From assembly GCF_035084215.1 (NCBI RefSeq), contig NC_090344.1, positions 50,654,001 through 50,718,000 of the forward strand: DNA of 64,000 bases, in the 5' to 3' direction. Shown one piece after another: positions 1 to 12,401 of this stretch. The position numbers and the translations under genes are program-made. Below the pieces are notes generated by a model. It was not told the DNA's origin, made no database searches, and was given only the letters and a program-made list of their open reading frames with translations. The DNA comes from Heptranchias perlo (Eukaryota). Within the stretch, counting starts at the first letter, position 1. Every line of letters starts with the position of its first letter.

Positions 1-1461
1 TTGCAGGAGTAGGGGGTAGTCATGTTAAGTGTGAATATCAGGTGGTTACAGGCTTCCTACCAATATGTAAACACACAAGTTCCTATCACTAATGCACTGA
101 CACAACTGAGCTGAAAGTTTACACTGAAGTCCCTAGCACTGGACACAATGCAAATGAATTGCTGTACTTTAATCTGGTATGCTGCTCACCAATCTTATTG
201 AAACTCACGAGATTGATGGGATCCATCCTGGCAGATATTTGGTAAAACGATTACACCCAGCATAAATAAAATGCTCAATTCTGACAATTACAAAAATGCA
301 GTTTGATTTCAGAGGAAAAAGGTAGTTCCAGCAGTTTAAGTTATTCAGATGTTTTGCAATGGTCGAGCCAACTGTTAATGTTGTTTCAAGTTCTCTTACT
401 CCTTGCTCTGGACATTGTATAATCTAGACTCATTCAATTCATTACTCTTCCTACAGATAATAAAAGCTGAAATATGGGTCCTGCAGCACTAGAATGGTTT
501 TACCTGTTTATCTCATCGACAAAAGGCTGTGAAATAAGGAATAAATCTCAGACTGTGAGACACAGAAGCATACAAACTATACAATGAACTTAATTTGCTT
601 TCTAATCGTTTTCTTCCAACACCTAAAACCTATATACCTTAATTTGTTTAAAGAGAAAAAAATGCAGCACTATTATTCTTCACACCGAGACTCACTCTCA
701 AAGCTCCTTACATGACACAAAGATCTCACCCCAGGGGTAGTAACCCAAACCAACACATCAGTGACAACTTGCTGAAAAGACTTTGGGTACAGCTGCTAAT
801 GTACTGAAGATACTTAGGTGCACTGAATGTCCTGAACAGACATGAGATACTATTGGCCACTAAGGTCCTAGGTAAATCAGTCTGACTGGCAACATGCTGA
901 ACAGATGCTGGGTGTACCCATCCATCTGCTGCAGATAATCGGGCATGTCTTGTCAAACATCTGGGTACATTTATTGGACAACAGCAATTACACTCATGAC
1001 AGTGCCCACATCAAACAATACAATAATGATCTGAGATTTCATTCGAAGCTGCACAATAAGTGCTACAATGTGTTTACACGTGGGAGTCCAATCTGATCCC
1101 AAACTATGAAGGCTAGCACAAATTAAGTCATTGACAAAATCAAAGAAAAACACAAGAAACTGTGTACAGAGAATTTTCATGACTGCTACCATGTGCAGAG
1201 AGAAACTGCTGCAGACCTTTTCCCATCTCCCGGTACACACAAGAAAAGCTCCAGTAATAACACAGCTCAGGTGTGGGATGTGCAGAAGGTTTGAAATTTC
1301 CAACCTGGTTTCACACTGGCTGACTGATTGAAGTGGCACTTCCTTTATCAGAATATTTGAAATCCTCTTGCAGATATTTTTTTCTTCATTTATTTTTTTT
1401 CGAGGAAACTTGCCTTCCTTTAAACAAACTCAGAGCGCTTCAAATCTTCAACATCGAGAAA

Positions 1462-1562
1462 GAATTCTGAAGAAGGATCCGCACCCAGAATGTTAATTTG
1501 TCTGTTCCCTCCACAGCTGCCGGCTGACTCTGTGTTTCCAGCATTTTCTGTTTATATTTTAC
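1462..1562 (+). mobile_element. Degenerate Penelope-like terminal repeat fragment
   Basis: ttctgaagaagg...ccacagctgc...tttccagcattttctgttt; same layout as 26410-26520 and 54058-54140; decayed hammerhead core. Confidence 0.5.
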
Positions 1563-4061
1563 AAGAAGAATTGCGTCCAATTTCAGCAAAATTAACAGAA
1601 GCAGGTGCTCCACCTGGTTCCAAACTTTGTGTCTCAGCATGGCGGCAGGAACCTTCTGCACAGCTCAACAAACACAACACTGTACAGTCAGCACTATCTA
1701 ACCCTACACATCACTCCAGTATCCATTCCGTCACTTAGTGTACATGGTTCAGTTAGTGACATATTAACAGTAACGGGACAGACACTCACTCCGTGCATTT
1801 CCCTTCTCCACTTGTATTCATTTACTTTTCCGATTTCTCCCTTGTAATCAGACATAACTGCATTTCAAATTTTCTTTTAATGAATAATTTTTTTTGCCGA
1901 AATCTCCAATTACAACCCATGTGACAGGAAACAGGACAATGGTTGTTACAGATGTGCATTGTGCTTGCACTTCAAGGCACCATGCTGTGGACTGACCGGA
2001 TACAGTTCAGCATCCACAATCCTCCATGTAGCGAGTTCCGGATCTCAGCCTAGCAGTGCGAGGGAGACGGTGAGTGGAAGCCAACTGGATTACCCTGAAC
2101 CGTTCTCACACACCTCTGAGCTGCCGGTCAACAGTGCAATTGACGGAGGCCTGGGATAGGGATCTGTCCTCTCAGCCTAAGAATGGTGCATGGCATGGAG
2201 GATCTAAACAGATGGGAGAAATAAAAAATTAAAAACGAAAAATTGATCATGAAGGTAATCACTCCTTTAAATTCATTGTCTCAGCACTTTAGTAAGTTCT
2301 GGAATTCCTGCAAATCCCATCAAATTCCAGAACCTGCATATCTGCTGGGATGATGGGCAGGGGAGGAGGCATAGAAGGGAGTGAGCCTTCTACTGTGACA
2401 AATCTATACTCCAGCTTTGTTTTTCAAGCAGGACAAAGTGACGCTGGAAATGTCTGCTTGGCAGATAATGTTCTGGTCAGAGTTTATTTCCAACTATTTA
2501 AAAACTTGGCAGAATTTAAAAAGCAATTGTTAATTACAAGTTTTGCAATGTTTGACAATGGGGATTAAAAACAATTTCAATTAAAATAAACTGCACAATG
2601 CAAAAATCAATTCATCACCACTTCACATTTACAGTGTTGCATATCACACACCACCACAGAACAGAAATTTCAGTTGATAGCAGGGCAAAAATAAGTGCAT
2701 TAAATCAGAACTGCAGGTAGACTAAAGCCAAAACCCCACTACAACTGTTAAAAACTTGGCCAGGTCCTATTCCATACAGCAATCCCTAACATCAGATCTA
2801 CTTTACCTGGTTAAATGTAGTAAGGAAAGCCTAGTGCTCCTTTTAACGTTAAACTCTCTGGGAAGAAAATCTTTGTATTTTAGTTCTCAATGGGGTGGGG
2901 GAAAGGACCATTGGTTCTGAACAGTCTCCTGGTACTGGCTTCTTTGGATGATGCATTTTAAAGCTAAGCTCAAAGCTCCGTATTAGCTGTTACAAAGAGG
3001 TGGGGAATATCAGCTTGGTGCTTTCAGATTTTGAAAAAAAAAATAGAAATTTAACCCATTTAATATGGCAATGATTTTTGTTTTATCATGACTGGTTATA
3101 TTACTAATGATCATCCATAAAAACTAGTATTGTACATAAAAAAAATATTAATTCTACCAGTTTTTCTGACTTTGTGCAATCAAAAGATTTTTTTTAAAAA
3201 AAGGTTCCAAGCACACATTCAGTACCACTGCCAGCTTGTAGTCTTCTGTACAAGCAAAATGAGGGGTGGAGGAAAGCACTTCATAAGTAAGGATTGATAA
3301 AAGTCCATTTATTCAGTCCATTGAGCTCAGCCCAATTCATGACTATACTTCAACACACTTAAGCTAAGGTCCCCTTTTAAGCAGCTCGCAGAGATCCCTG
3401 AATGAGCCCCATTGCAACAATCAGGGAGGCGACAATTTGATCTCAAATCTCCTGCTAAGGAGGTCAACATGCTACTGAACCATCAGAGCTGCTGATTGGG
3501 CTAATCATTTTCCTTCTAATTTTCCTCCCTTTCCTCTCATCTTTCCATAGTGCTGACTTTAGCTGAGGTATAGTTCCACAGACATCCGCCACGGTCTGAT
3601 TCTTCACCCAAGTGGGATTCTTCATGTGTGAGCCTGGGTAGTGACTTCCAGCTAACTGTTCAAACATGGAGCCAAGCCTGATCCTGTCCTCATGCAACGT
3701 TCACACATATGCACTTTCAGCAGGAGTCATTAGATAGCCATCAGGAGCAGGAACCCTGACTGATTTTCACATCCTTAGCCCACAGAAGCACAAGAGTAAC
3801 TGTAACATCCTCACTCAGAATAGATTGGGTACTGAAGCTAGGACCTCCTAGTCCGTACGGTTCAGTATCACATGGTATATTTATCCTCAAATAGGCTGCA
3901 GTTTCATCTAAAAAGTTAATACACTTACTTTTTGCCCTGGATCACTGTTCAAGAAGCATTTTGTTCACAACTGAATACCTGTTTGTGCCACGAGAGGTTT
4001 AAACCTTCGACTGCGTCAGTCCCTGCAATTCTTAAATTGTTATTAAAGCTCTCAAGTACCA

Positions 4062-4283
4062 TTACTGAGACGTGGGGTTATCAGACTTGCTCTCCTGGCT
4101 TGATGGCGGTTTACTGTTCCAAGGACTGCTATTCCCCAAGGCTGGCAAGTTACGGAAGTCGTCCTCGTCATCGATACCATTGGCTGCATCATATTGGCCG
4201 TTCTCTAACCGCGTGATTAGGCGCTCATCCTCGTCACCGAACTCCCCACCCATTAGTGCTGGCTCACCCACAACCATAACGTC
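4062..4283 (-). CDS. LDB1-like: LDB-family gene, last coding exon (LIM-interaction domain, stop)
   Basis: DVMVVGEPALMGGEFGDEDERLITRLENGQYDAANGIDDED...SKPPSSQESKSDNPTSQ* matches the LDB1/2 LID and C-terminus; acceptor ttgtag at 4284-4285; TAA at 4062-4064. Confidence 0.96.
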   Translation of the reverse strand, partial: DVMVVGEPALMGGEFGDEDERLITRLENGQYDAANGIDDEDDFRNLPALGNSSPWNSKPPSSQESKSDNPTSQ

Positions 4284-7200
4284 CTACAATAAGTAGGTCG
4301 CATCGATTAAACCACAGCAAAGACAGTAGAAAAGAATTTTTCCGTTTCCTCACACTTCAACTCAGCACTGGTTAATGCATTTTCCTTGAATATTACCCAG
4401 TGATTCTGTACATCTGGCTGGAATGGGAGGACCAGAGCCAGAGTTTCTGCCTCAGTTTGGTTCTATTTCTACAGGGACAAATTGAAGTCCGACTGATTTT
4501 TGTTGTTAAATGCCTAAATTAGTAGCATGCAGTTTTTAAATATACCAATCAGCTACTCCATAGTGTTTTCAGTGCCTGAGTTAACTAACCCTGAAAAGGG
4601 CTGAAGACGGTTTAATTTGCACCAATTTAATTTCAAATTTACCTCTGCGCCCGCTTCATTCAGAGGGAAAGTGCTGCGAGGAGCTATTGTATGGGAGGCT
4701 AAGCAGCTCTAGCAGTAGATCACCAGACTCCAGGCAGAGGGCCATAGTTTGCATCACAGGCGTGACCGATGATCACACTCGCCTCTCCTCCACAGTCAGG
4801 TTTACGACTGTGCTGCTAGTAGAGCACTTTACGATGGCAACAGCTCTGACAGGGAGGAAAGTTTGGGAAGACAAATCTCATAACAAATCCGACACAAGTG
4901 TGCAGCACAGATTTTGCCACTTGCTTTGCTGATGGAGGCAACATGGGATTAAGTTTGAGCAACTGGAAACCCTACAGAGAAGAAAGTCAAAGAATATGTG
5001 GTCAAATGTAAAAGATTCTGCCAATGGGCAGTTTAATGAACTGCTAACATTTCCATTTACTTGTCAATGTCCTTAACTTTGTACTCATATTAGTGAAGTG
5101 ACAATGTTATGCTAGAATGAGACACACGACCATTTAGGAACTGGTGCATTGAGATGAGAACTTGGTATTTTGAAGTTAAAACTCAGTTTACAAAAATTTA
5201 CGAATATTCACATCAGGTAAGATTGGGAAGCAGGCATGATTGCAGCCCACACTGCCTTCGATATACAAGAGCATACGGTGGGCGAGATTACAGTCCATGC
5301 CACCTACAGGCAGCAAGACTGTGAATTAGTCACAGTTCTTGTCTACACTGTCCAGAGTTGCAAAAGTGGCCATGATTCCTGTCCACGTTCGCTGACCTAC
5401 TTTAGTATGCAGTGGGTATAATTCGTGTCTACCCCGCCTATGGCAAGAATGGGCAGTGGGGGCAAGGTTCCTCTTTCTAATGCCTATAACAGACAACAGC
5501 TCAGAACGGACACAATTCTTGTCCACATCATCTACAGCAGACAAGAGCATGCAATGGGCACGATTCCAGTCCATTCCCTCTTCACTAGCAGGATTGTCCT
5601 TCTTTGCTCCAGTGCCAGGCCTACAGTGCTTACGCAATGGTGAAGCATCTGTTGGTTTTCACCCTTACAGAGACCACATGTGCCCTACCTTCCTCTTTTT
5701 GTTCCTTTGGTATCTGAATCTTGGTGCATGTACTGGGTTTTACGTCCATGAGACCATGGGAATGGAAAACAATCTTGTTCACCAATGATGTTTTACTTTT
5801 CATTTCCAACCCACTTTGGCAGACAGTGAGCAGTTTAATGTTCTGTCAGGGTTTAAAGTGGCTCAGGCATTTCACTCCCCAAACTTAAAAGCTATTTTCA
5901 GACAGGAGGCAATATATTGGCTTTAAACAGCTTGGACCCCAGGTCTCTCATAGCTTGCAGTCCTTGGCTAAACCCAAATATCCTCCTTCCCCATTCAACT
6001 AAAAAAGGATATGACCCGAAAGATCATGCTGTCATTGTTATTTGCTGGGCATTGTTAGTGTTCTTAGTATTCTATTCAATGTTTGCAAATTCTCCCCATT
6101 CAATTACACAGGGTATTTTCAGGGAGTCAGATCCAGAATATTATTCTTGTTCTGTGGCTAATATATCTTAAGGACCTGCAGCTTTTCAACATAGAAGAGC
6201 ACTGATGTTATTAAAATGCCTTTTCTAATAATGAGCAGCTCCGATCTGTTTCATAAGTAAATGGATCTAACTGCAGCCAAGCTTTCTTTCCTGTTGATTA
6301 TTGGTGCCCCACATTTACTGCAGTTGTTGATCTGTATCACTCTGTGTTGATATAACCCTTTTGGTCCATCAATATTTCTGATTGTCCCTTCCTTGTTGAG
6401 GGCAGGACAGGACAGGACAAAGGTTTAAATCTCTAAACAAAATTACCCATCAGGTATTATGACTCAATTTGGGATGCTTGTGCACACAAAGTGACCCAGA
6501 TCAACATGCAAAACTTGAATAAACTCGTCAAATGATGGACAACCCCTCTCCCCATATTGCAGCAACTTTTCTGGATGTCTGTTTCGGGTGTGGTGGGGGA
6601 CAGGTTTAAGAGGTTAGTATCTTGCGCCCATCATAGCAGCATGCTGGCAATTCCTCTAAAACGTGACCATCTTCTTTACACTCACACTGTTCAATGTGCA
6701 TTTGTTAAATTAATTTGTGTATGGTGGTGGGGGGGGGGGGCGGCGAGGGGGCTGTCTCGTTTGGGCTTGGGGTGTCAGTGATCTGACCATTATCCCTAAA
6801 CTGACAGGACTCTTTTATAAAACTCAACTCTGCTTCCTTTGGGCAAGGTTATGTCAGTGACTGATTTGTACTCCCGTACCTGGTCTTCCTCTGAGGGAGC
6901 ACTGTGCGGCTACTTATGCTCATGGGTGTGGTGGAAGTTTCCCCTGATTATACTATGTAAAGTCAAACAGGTATAAATCTCAACAGCTGTAAAAAGCCAC
7001 ATCGTACATAATGTTTGATGATTGTCCATTGTGAAGTAAAAAGTTTTTAAAAAGCAAAGCGTTACTGTTTAGGATGTGCTCACTGCACTAATTCCTGTCC
7101 AAATATGACTTGAAAACTATACAACCTCAATCTTGTACAAAATTTATAGAGTACAGATATTTTGTTTCTTTCCTTGCCCTAACTTCTAACATTTTTTGAA

Positions 7201-10200
7201 ACGCTACATAACCTGAGCTAGTACAGTTTATTGTTGAAATCAGACAAGACAAAATCTGACGTTAGAATAACCCAGGCCTCAAAATTACTACTGAACAACC
7301 AATTATAACATTTCTCAATTTTAAAGGGGTTTATTACAAAAGAAAAGAACATTAGCATTAAAAGTCTGATCTTCAAAGTGCAGAGTTAAAAGTTGGTGGG
7401 TTTTCCAGACCGTTTATATTGTTCTTCACAATCTTTCTGTCCCATTACCAAACCAGGCAGGGATAGAATCAAAGGCTGGTTTGATTCAAGGAATAGGACT
7501 CGTCAGATTAGATTCTGGGAAATCCTAATAGTATTAATATGTTGTTTCTTTTAAATAGGTTTAAGCCCCTCGATATCTAAGACACGGAGGATTAGACGAA
7601 AACCAATCTTCTGAGTTTTCAAAGCAGTCCGCCTCCTCCCCAGCTGCCGAGACCCACTTATTGTCTAATAACGTTCTACTTTGGCCTAGACAGGGTGTGG
7701 GGGCAGGGTTATAATCCCAAACCCTTTTAGCCCAGCAAGTTACTCTCAGGTTGAACCTGCAAGAGAAGAGGGCACTCTTAATCAAAAGTTCGTCTTGCCA
7801 AACTCATTCTCTACTTACTCGCCACATGCAAATTTTCAGCAGAGATTTTTTTGGATTTTTTTTTTAAAAAGATGAATTCTACTAGAATTTTAAAAAAAAT
7901 GTCATATCAGATCTAACAAAAAAATGCAGAAACCTGCTGTGTTCTTTAGCAGAGCATCAGTGTAATTAGCTACGTTTCCACACGCCCTGCAGTGAAGTCC
8001 TAAACATGACCACACCTCAATCAATCAATCCAAAAGCATTGTGGCCAACATTCCACGGGATGCAGAATATACTGCAGAACCAATATGGGGGGAGGGTCTT
8101 TATCAATAAAACTTATTCTCCAATGCATGGTACACTGAACAATTTTCATTACTACCATATCAACCTCAGTACCGAAGAGTAAGTATTAATTACTCAAGAG
8201 GTTGAGCTGCAGTGCACTGTTGATCCAAAGTAGAGGCAGTGGCATTACTGTTACTTGAAAAACTAATTCTTTCTCAGTGATAAAATTACCATTTATTGGT
8301 AGTCAATTTTATCGAAGCCTTCAGTCGTACAAACAGTGCTTTTCTCATCAGGTTTTGGAAGAGGAAGAGGTTGGAAATTCTTCTCTCATGACACAAGAAA
8401 CAAAAGTTACCGATCTTAATCCACAGATGAACTATAAAGCAGTAACTAGTCAACGATCCATTAACCTCATTGCAAGCTGAGTGTGCGAGCAGCACTGCCA
8501 CCCAAATCAGAGTCTGGGACTCACTAACTTCCCTCTAAACTGAGCTACCACCAGTAAGACAGCAGCCACTGCTCTGAATATTCAGCCTACCTATCACCCT
8601 CACACTGGGTCAAACCATCAAATTAATTTAACTGGTCTTCACAAAATGGGGACCACAAAACTATAACCATTTTCAAACTTTAGTACACACCTCCAATATC
8701 ACCTCATATATCCAGATATGAAAGAGATCCCCCACAGGGGCTGTGCTTCAAGACATGAAAAAACATCACTGGGACAATTCAGATTGAAGAGGGAGATTGC
8801 GACTGAGGTTCAATATGGCAATATGAAGTGGCGGTTCAGCACTGCTTTAAGGGAAATCTCAGCAAGTACTTGAGATTTTCAGTAAGGGTGAAAATCTCAG
8901 ACTGTGTGCATCCATAATTCAAGAATCTCAAGATGTAAAGAACACAGCAGGTCAGTACTGCACTGAAAACAGACACCTCCACAAACCCTACTCCCCACAC
9001 CCTAAAACAGTCAGGGTTAGAACTACAGTCAAATCAACTGCATCACAGAGAGGAAAGCGTTAGAGTGAAAGGTAAAGAGTAATAAAAGAGCTCACTGACA
9101 GCCTCAAAAGGACAGCTGCCCTCTACAATCACAAACAGTTTGATGTACTCAAGATGGCAACTACATCCAAAGCACAATAAGCAGTTTGCTGAATATAATG
9201 GCCATCAGAAAGCATCTAAAAGGTGTCAAAATATTTTCTTGATAGACTATTGGCCAGTTAGATTCCCCATTCTTTCATCTAAGAATGGGAATACAGACAG
9301 AAAGAGCTCAAACTCCAACCCCACGCACGAACCCAGCAGACCCGTTTACACAGCACTCACACTACATTTGCAGGACTCATTTCCTGCTTTTGAACTCAAC
9401 TCCAAAAGTTTTCGAAGTTTGTTACTTATTTTCCAAAGGGAATTGGTTACTGAGTTAGGGTTGGATTTCTAGGGAGAAGATTTAAGGTTACAGTACCATA
9501 GGTTTTAACTGGAATATAAAAACACTCTTTATTCATCTGGATGTTTTATCACTGTGGTTAGTCTCAATGGTTTCTCCAGCAGATTCTTTGCTGGCTTTCC
9601 TGTCTTGACCATCTAAGCTGATCTAAAACACCAGGGTGTCCTTGCTGAGCTCCATGCACCCAGGAAATTAACCAAGATCCTCAACCTCACTTCAAAAAAC
9701 AAATCACTCCGTGGCCTAGCCCCATCCCCATTTCAAAGATCTTCCCTAATTGCACATCTCACTCACGCCCTCCCCTCCTGCGACACCAGCTTATTCCTCA
9801 TTCCCACAATCGGTGGTTCTTCCTTCAGCCACTGGAACGCCCTCGCCCACCACCTTCATCTTGTTCTCTGCCTTCCAAAAAAGTTTACGTCCCTTCTTTT
9901 TGATTATACCTTCACACCCCCTGAATCTATTTTTCCCCTTTCTTTATTGCAGTGTTTAGCGCTCTGTGACATCTATGCTTGAGGAGTGCGATAGAAATGG
10001 AAGTTGTTTATGCTGTTCAGACATTTATTTCCATAAGCATTGTCGTAAGGTCCTCAAAAAGTAAAAGTATTAACAATATTAGATCAAGGTGTGCCTGAGA
10101 GGAGGCCACAGATTGCTGGGTTAATATTTATATAGAGGACACGTATGGAGCAGCATTACTGGCAAAATAACATCTCTTGTGCCCCACCTGTCACTGACAG

Positions 10201-10796
10201 TCCAAATCCACTGCTCCTGCCCATTAAGCACATCTGGGTCCATTGGGCCAATCAACTTTTATTATTGTGGGTAACATTGGTGCAGCATCATCGGTGAGAT
10301 GTTGACAGTAGCCAGTGTTAAGACAATGGATTGTTCTGTTTTCTAATCCCAGTTGTCATGGGCAGTCGGCGGCCACTATTCCTGCTCCCACTCTGTTGTG
10401 GATGATGCCATTTATGAGGATGCTCCTTTGGTAGTTCTCCCCTTAGTATGGGAGAAGTGTCAACTGGAGCGCGCTTTATAGCAGGACCACTTTTATTTAT
10501 CTGGACCGCAATTAACTGCGGGTAAAACTAGTCCGCTGGACATGCACTTCCTTGCCACTATCAAAAGAAAATATGAGAGGAAAATTCCCTCAATCTAGTC
10601 AAAGGCATAAAGCATTAGATGACCTCCAGTGAGAAATGAACACCATTCCTATGATCCAATAGATATGATTACTTGTAGACTGCCCCGATTGGGAACTTCA
10701 GGCTCTCCCAAAGTCTGTGTAAAGAGGCCAGCTGGTTTCGCAATGTTAGTGACAGTCAAAGACAGTGATTAAATCAATATAGAGAAGGATGCTTAC

Positions 10797-10948
10797 AGGT
10801 ACCTGAGTTGCCAGACTGAAGCCTGTGGCAGGGCTAGTCTTTTTCTTATTGCCCCCACTGCTGTTACTGGCTGGCCCTGCACTGGACGTGTTGCCTCCAG
10901 ACTGTTTCCTCTTTCGCCGCTTGGCTGTTGGAGGTCTGACAGGTTCAG
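10797..10948 (-). CDS. LDB1-like: LDB-family gene, coding exon 9 (NLS)
   Basis: (A)EPVRPPTAKRRKRKQSGG...KKKTSPATGFSLATQVP; acceptor cacag; tandem donors at 10802 and 10796; 152 nt, phase 1 to 0. Confidence 0.94.
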
Positions 10949-11473
10949 CTGTGTGAAAATAAGATGAAAGTAAAGCTGAACAATAACTTTGGAAACTGTA
11001 AATTGCAACAGACATCGGTCCCTCTATGTTCTCACAAAGTGTTTAAATATGGAAGCACATCACACAGGTATACTCCGGCTTCGTCCCAGCAGCCGTTCTT
11101 CACGCGTGAGCTTGAAAAATCAGAAGTGACTGACTAAGCCCTCACTTGGAGTGCAAAATTCTTCTCAACAACAATGCTCACTTTTCCCCATAATTAATGA
11201 CTCACTAATGAAATTAGGGGAACAAAGTTTTGAAGCAAGATTTCTAAAAATGCTATTTCATTAGTAGGTCATGAATTCGCGATGAACAGACGTTCTCCCT
11301 TTTTTTTGTTAAAATAGGAATTTTAAGTCCTGGTGTTCATATGTGCCCACTTTCAGCAAAAGGGTCAGAGATGATTAGAAGTAAAAACCCTCCCCATTTC
11401 CAACAGGTGCCACCTTACCTTGCCTGGCCTGTACTGTACCATGTATGGTCTGTGTTGTCCTGGGTCATACAGA

Positions 11474-12110
11474 GCTGAGTCTGGCCCGTGTTGTAGTATG
11501 TAACATAGCCCTGGGTCTGGCCCGTGTTGTAGTATGTAACATAGCCCTGGGTCTGGCCCATGTTGTAGTATGTAACATAGCCCTGGGTCTGGCCCGTGTT
11601 GTAGTATGTAACATAGCCCTGGGTCTGGCCCGTGTTGTAGTATGTTACATAGCCCTGGGTCTGGCCCGTGTTGTAGTATGTAACATAGCCCTGGGTCTGG
11701 CCCGTGTTGTAGTATGTTACATAGCCCTGGGTCTGGCCCATGTTGTAGTATGTAACATAGCCCTGGGTCTGGCCCGTGTTGTAGTATGTAACATAGCCCT
11801 GAGTCTGGCCCGTGTTGTAGTATGTTACATAGCCCTGAGTCTGGCCCATGTTGTAGTATGTAACATAGCCCTGGGTCTGGCCCGTGTTGTAGTATGTAAC
11901 ATAGCCCTGGGTCTGGCCCGTGTTGTAGTATGTTACATAGCCCTGGGTCTGGCCCGTGTTGAAGTATGTAACATAGCCCTGGGTCTGGCCCGTGTTGTAG
12001 TATGTTACATAGCCCTGAGTCTGGCCCATGTTGTAGTATGTAACATAGCCCTGAGTCTGGCCCATGTTGTAGTATGTAACATAGCCCTGGGTCTGGCCTG
12101 TGTTGCAGTA
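11474..12110. repeat. 36-bp minisatellite, ~17-18 copies, in an LDB intron
   Basis: Unit ccctgggtctggcccgtgttgtagtatgtaacatag with few variants; produces long ORFs on both strands. Confidence 0.97.
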
Positions 12111-12277
12111 GGACACAGTATGGTTTTCAGGGTTGGACTCTACTGTGCTTTCAGCTGTAATATGGTTGGAAATGTTATTGATCTCTGGCACTTCAGGAGA
12201 ATAAAAGCTCCTTTTTGCAGATTATCCCGCCTATCAGCTGCATCTTACAGACCATCTCTGTACCCGCAGCCTCTTAC

Positions 12278-12401
12278 CGGGAGGAGCCACCATCCGCTGC
12301 CACTTCTGAAACAGGCAGGTCTTCAGACAGTCTCGAGGGCTCAGGTTATAGGTTTTGTGTCTTGACATCAGTTCCTGCATTGGTTCCAAAATGACACAAA
12401 G
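12278..12401 (-). CDS. LDB1-like: LDB-family gene, coding exon 8 (LCCD)
   Basis: LCVILEPMQELMSRHKTYNLSPRDCLKTCLFQKWQRMVAPP; AG/GTAAG boundaries; 124 nt. Confidence 0.96.

Noticed and set aside
10300-10430. Possible extra LDB exon (EHPHKWHHPQQ...)
   Set aside because: Weak acceptor without a pyrimidine tract and no recognisable homology.
11195-11275. Short imperfect inverted repeat; similar ones at ~2297-2331 and ~8870-8900
   Set aside because: Too short and degenerate to separate from chance or old MITE remnants.
11474-12110. CRISPR-like 36-bp periodicity
   Set aside because: Units are head-to-tail with no unique spacers, there are no cas genes, and the context is a vertebrate intron.
11445-12365. 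306-aa plus-strand ORF (VVVCNIALGLAR)n
   Set aside because: By-product of a stop-free 36-bp repeat; antisense to LDB, with no promoter or splice support.
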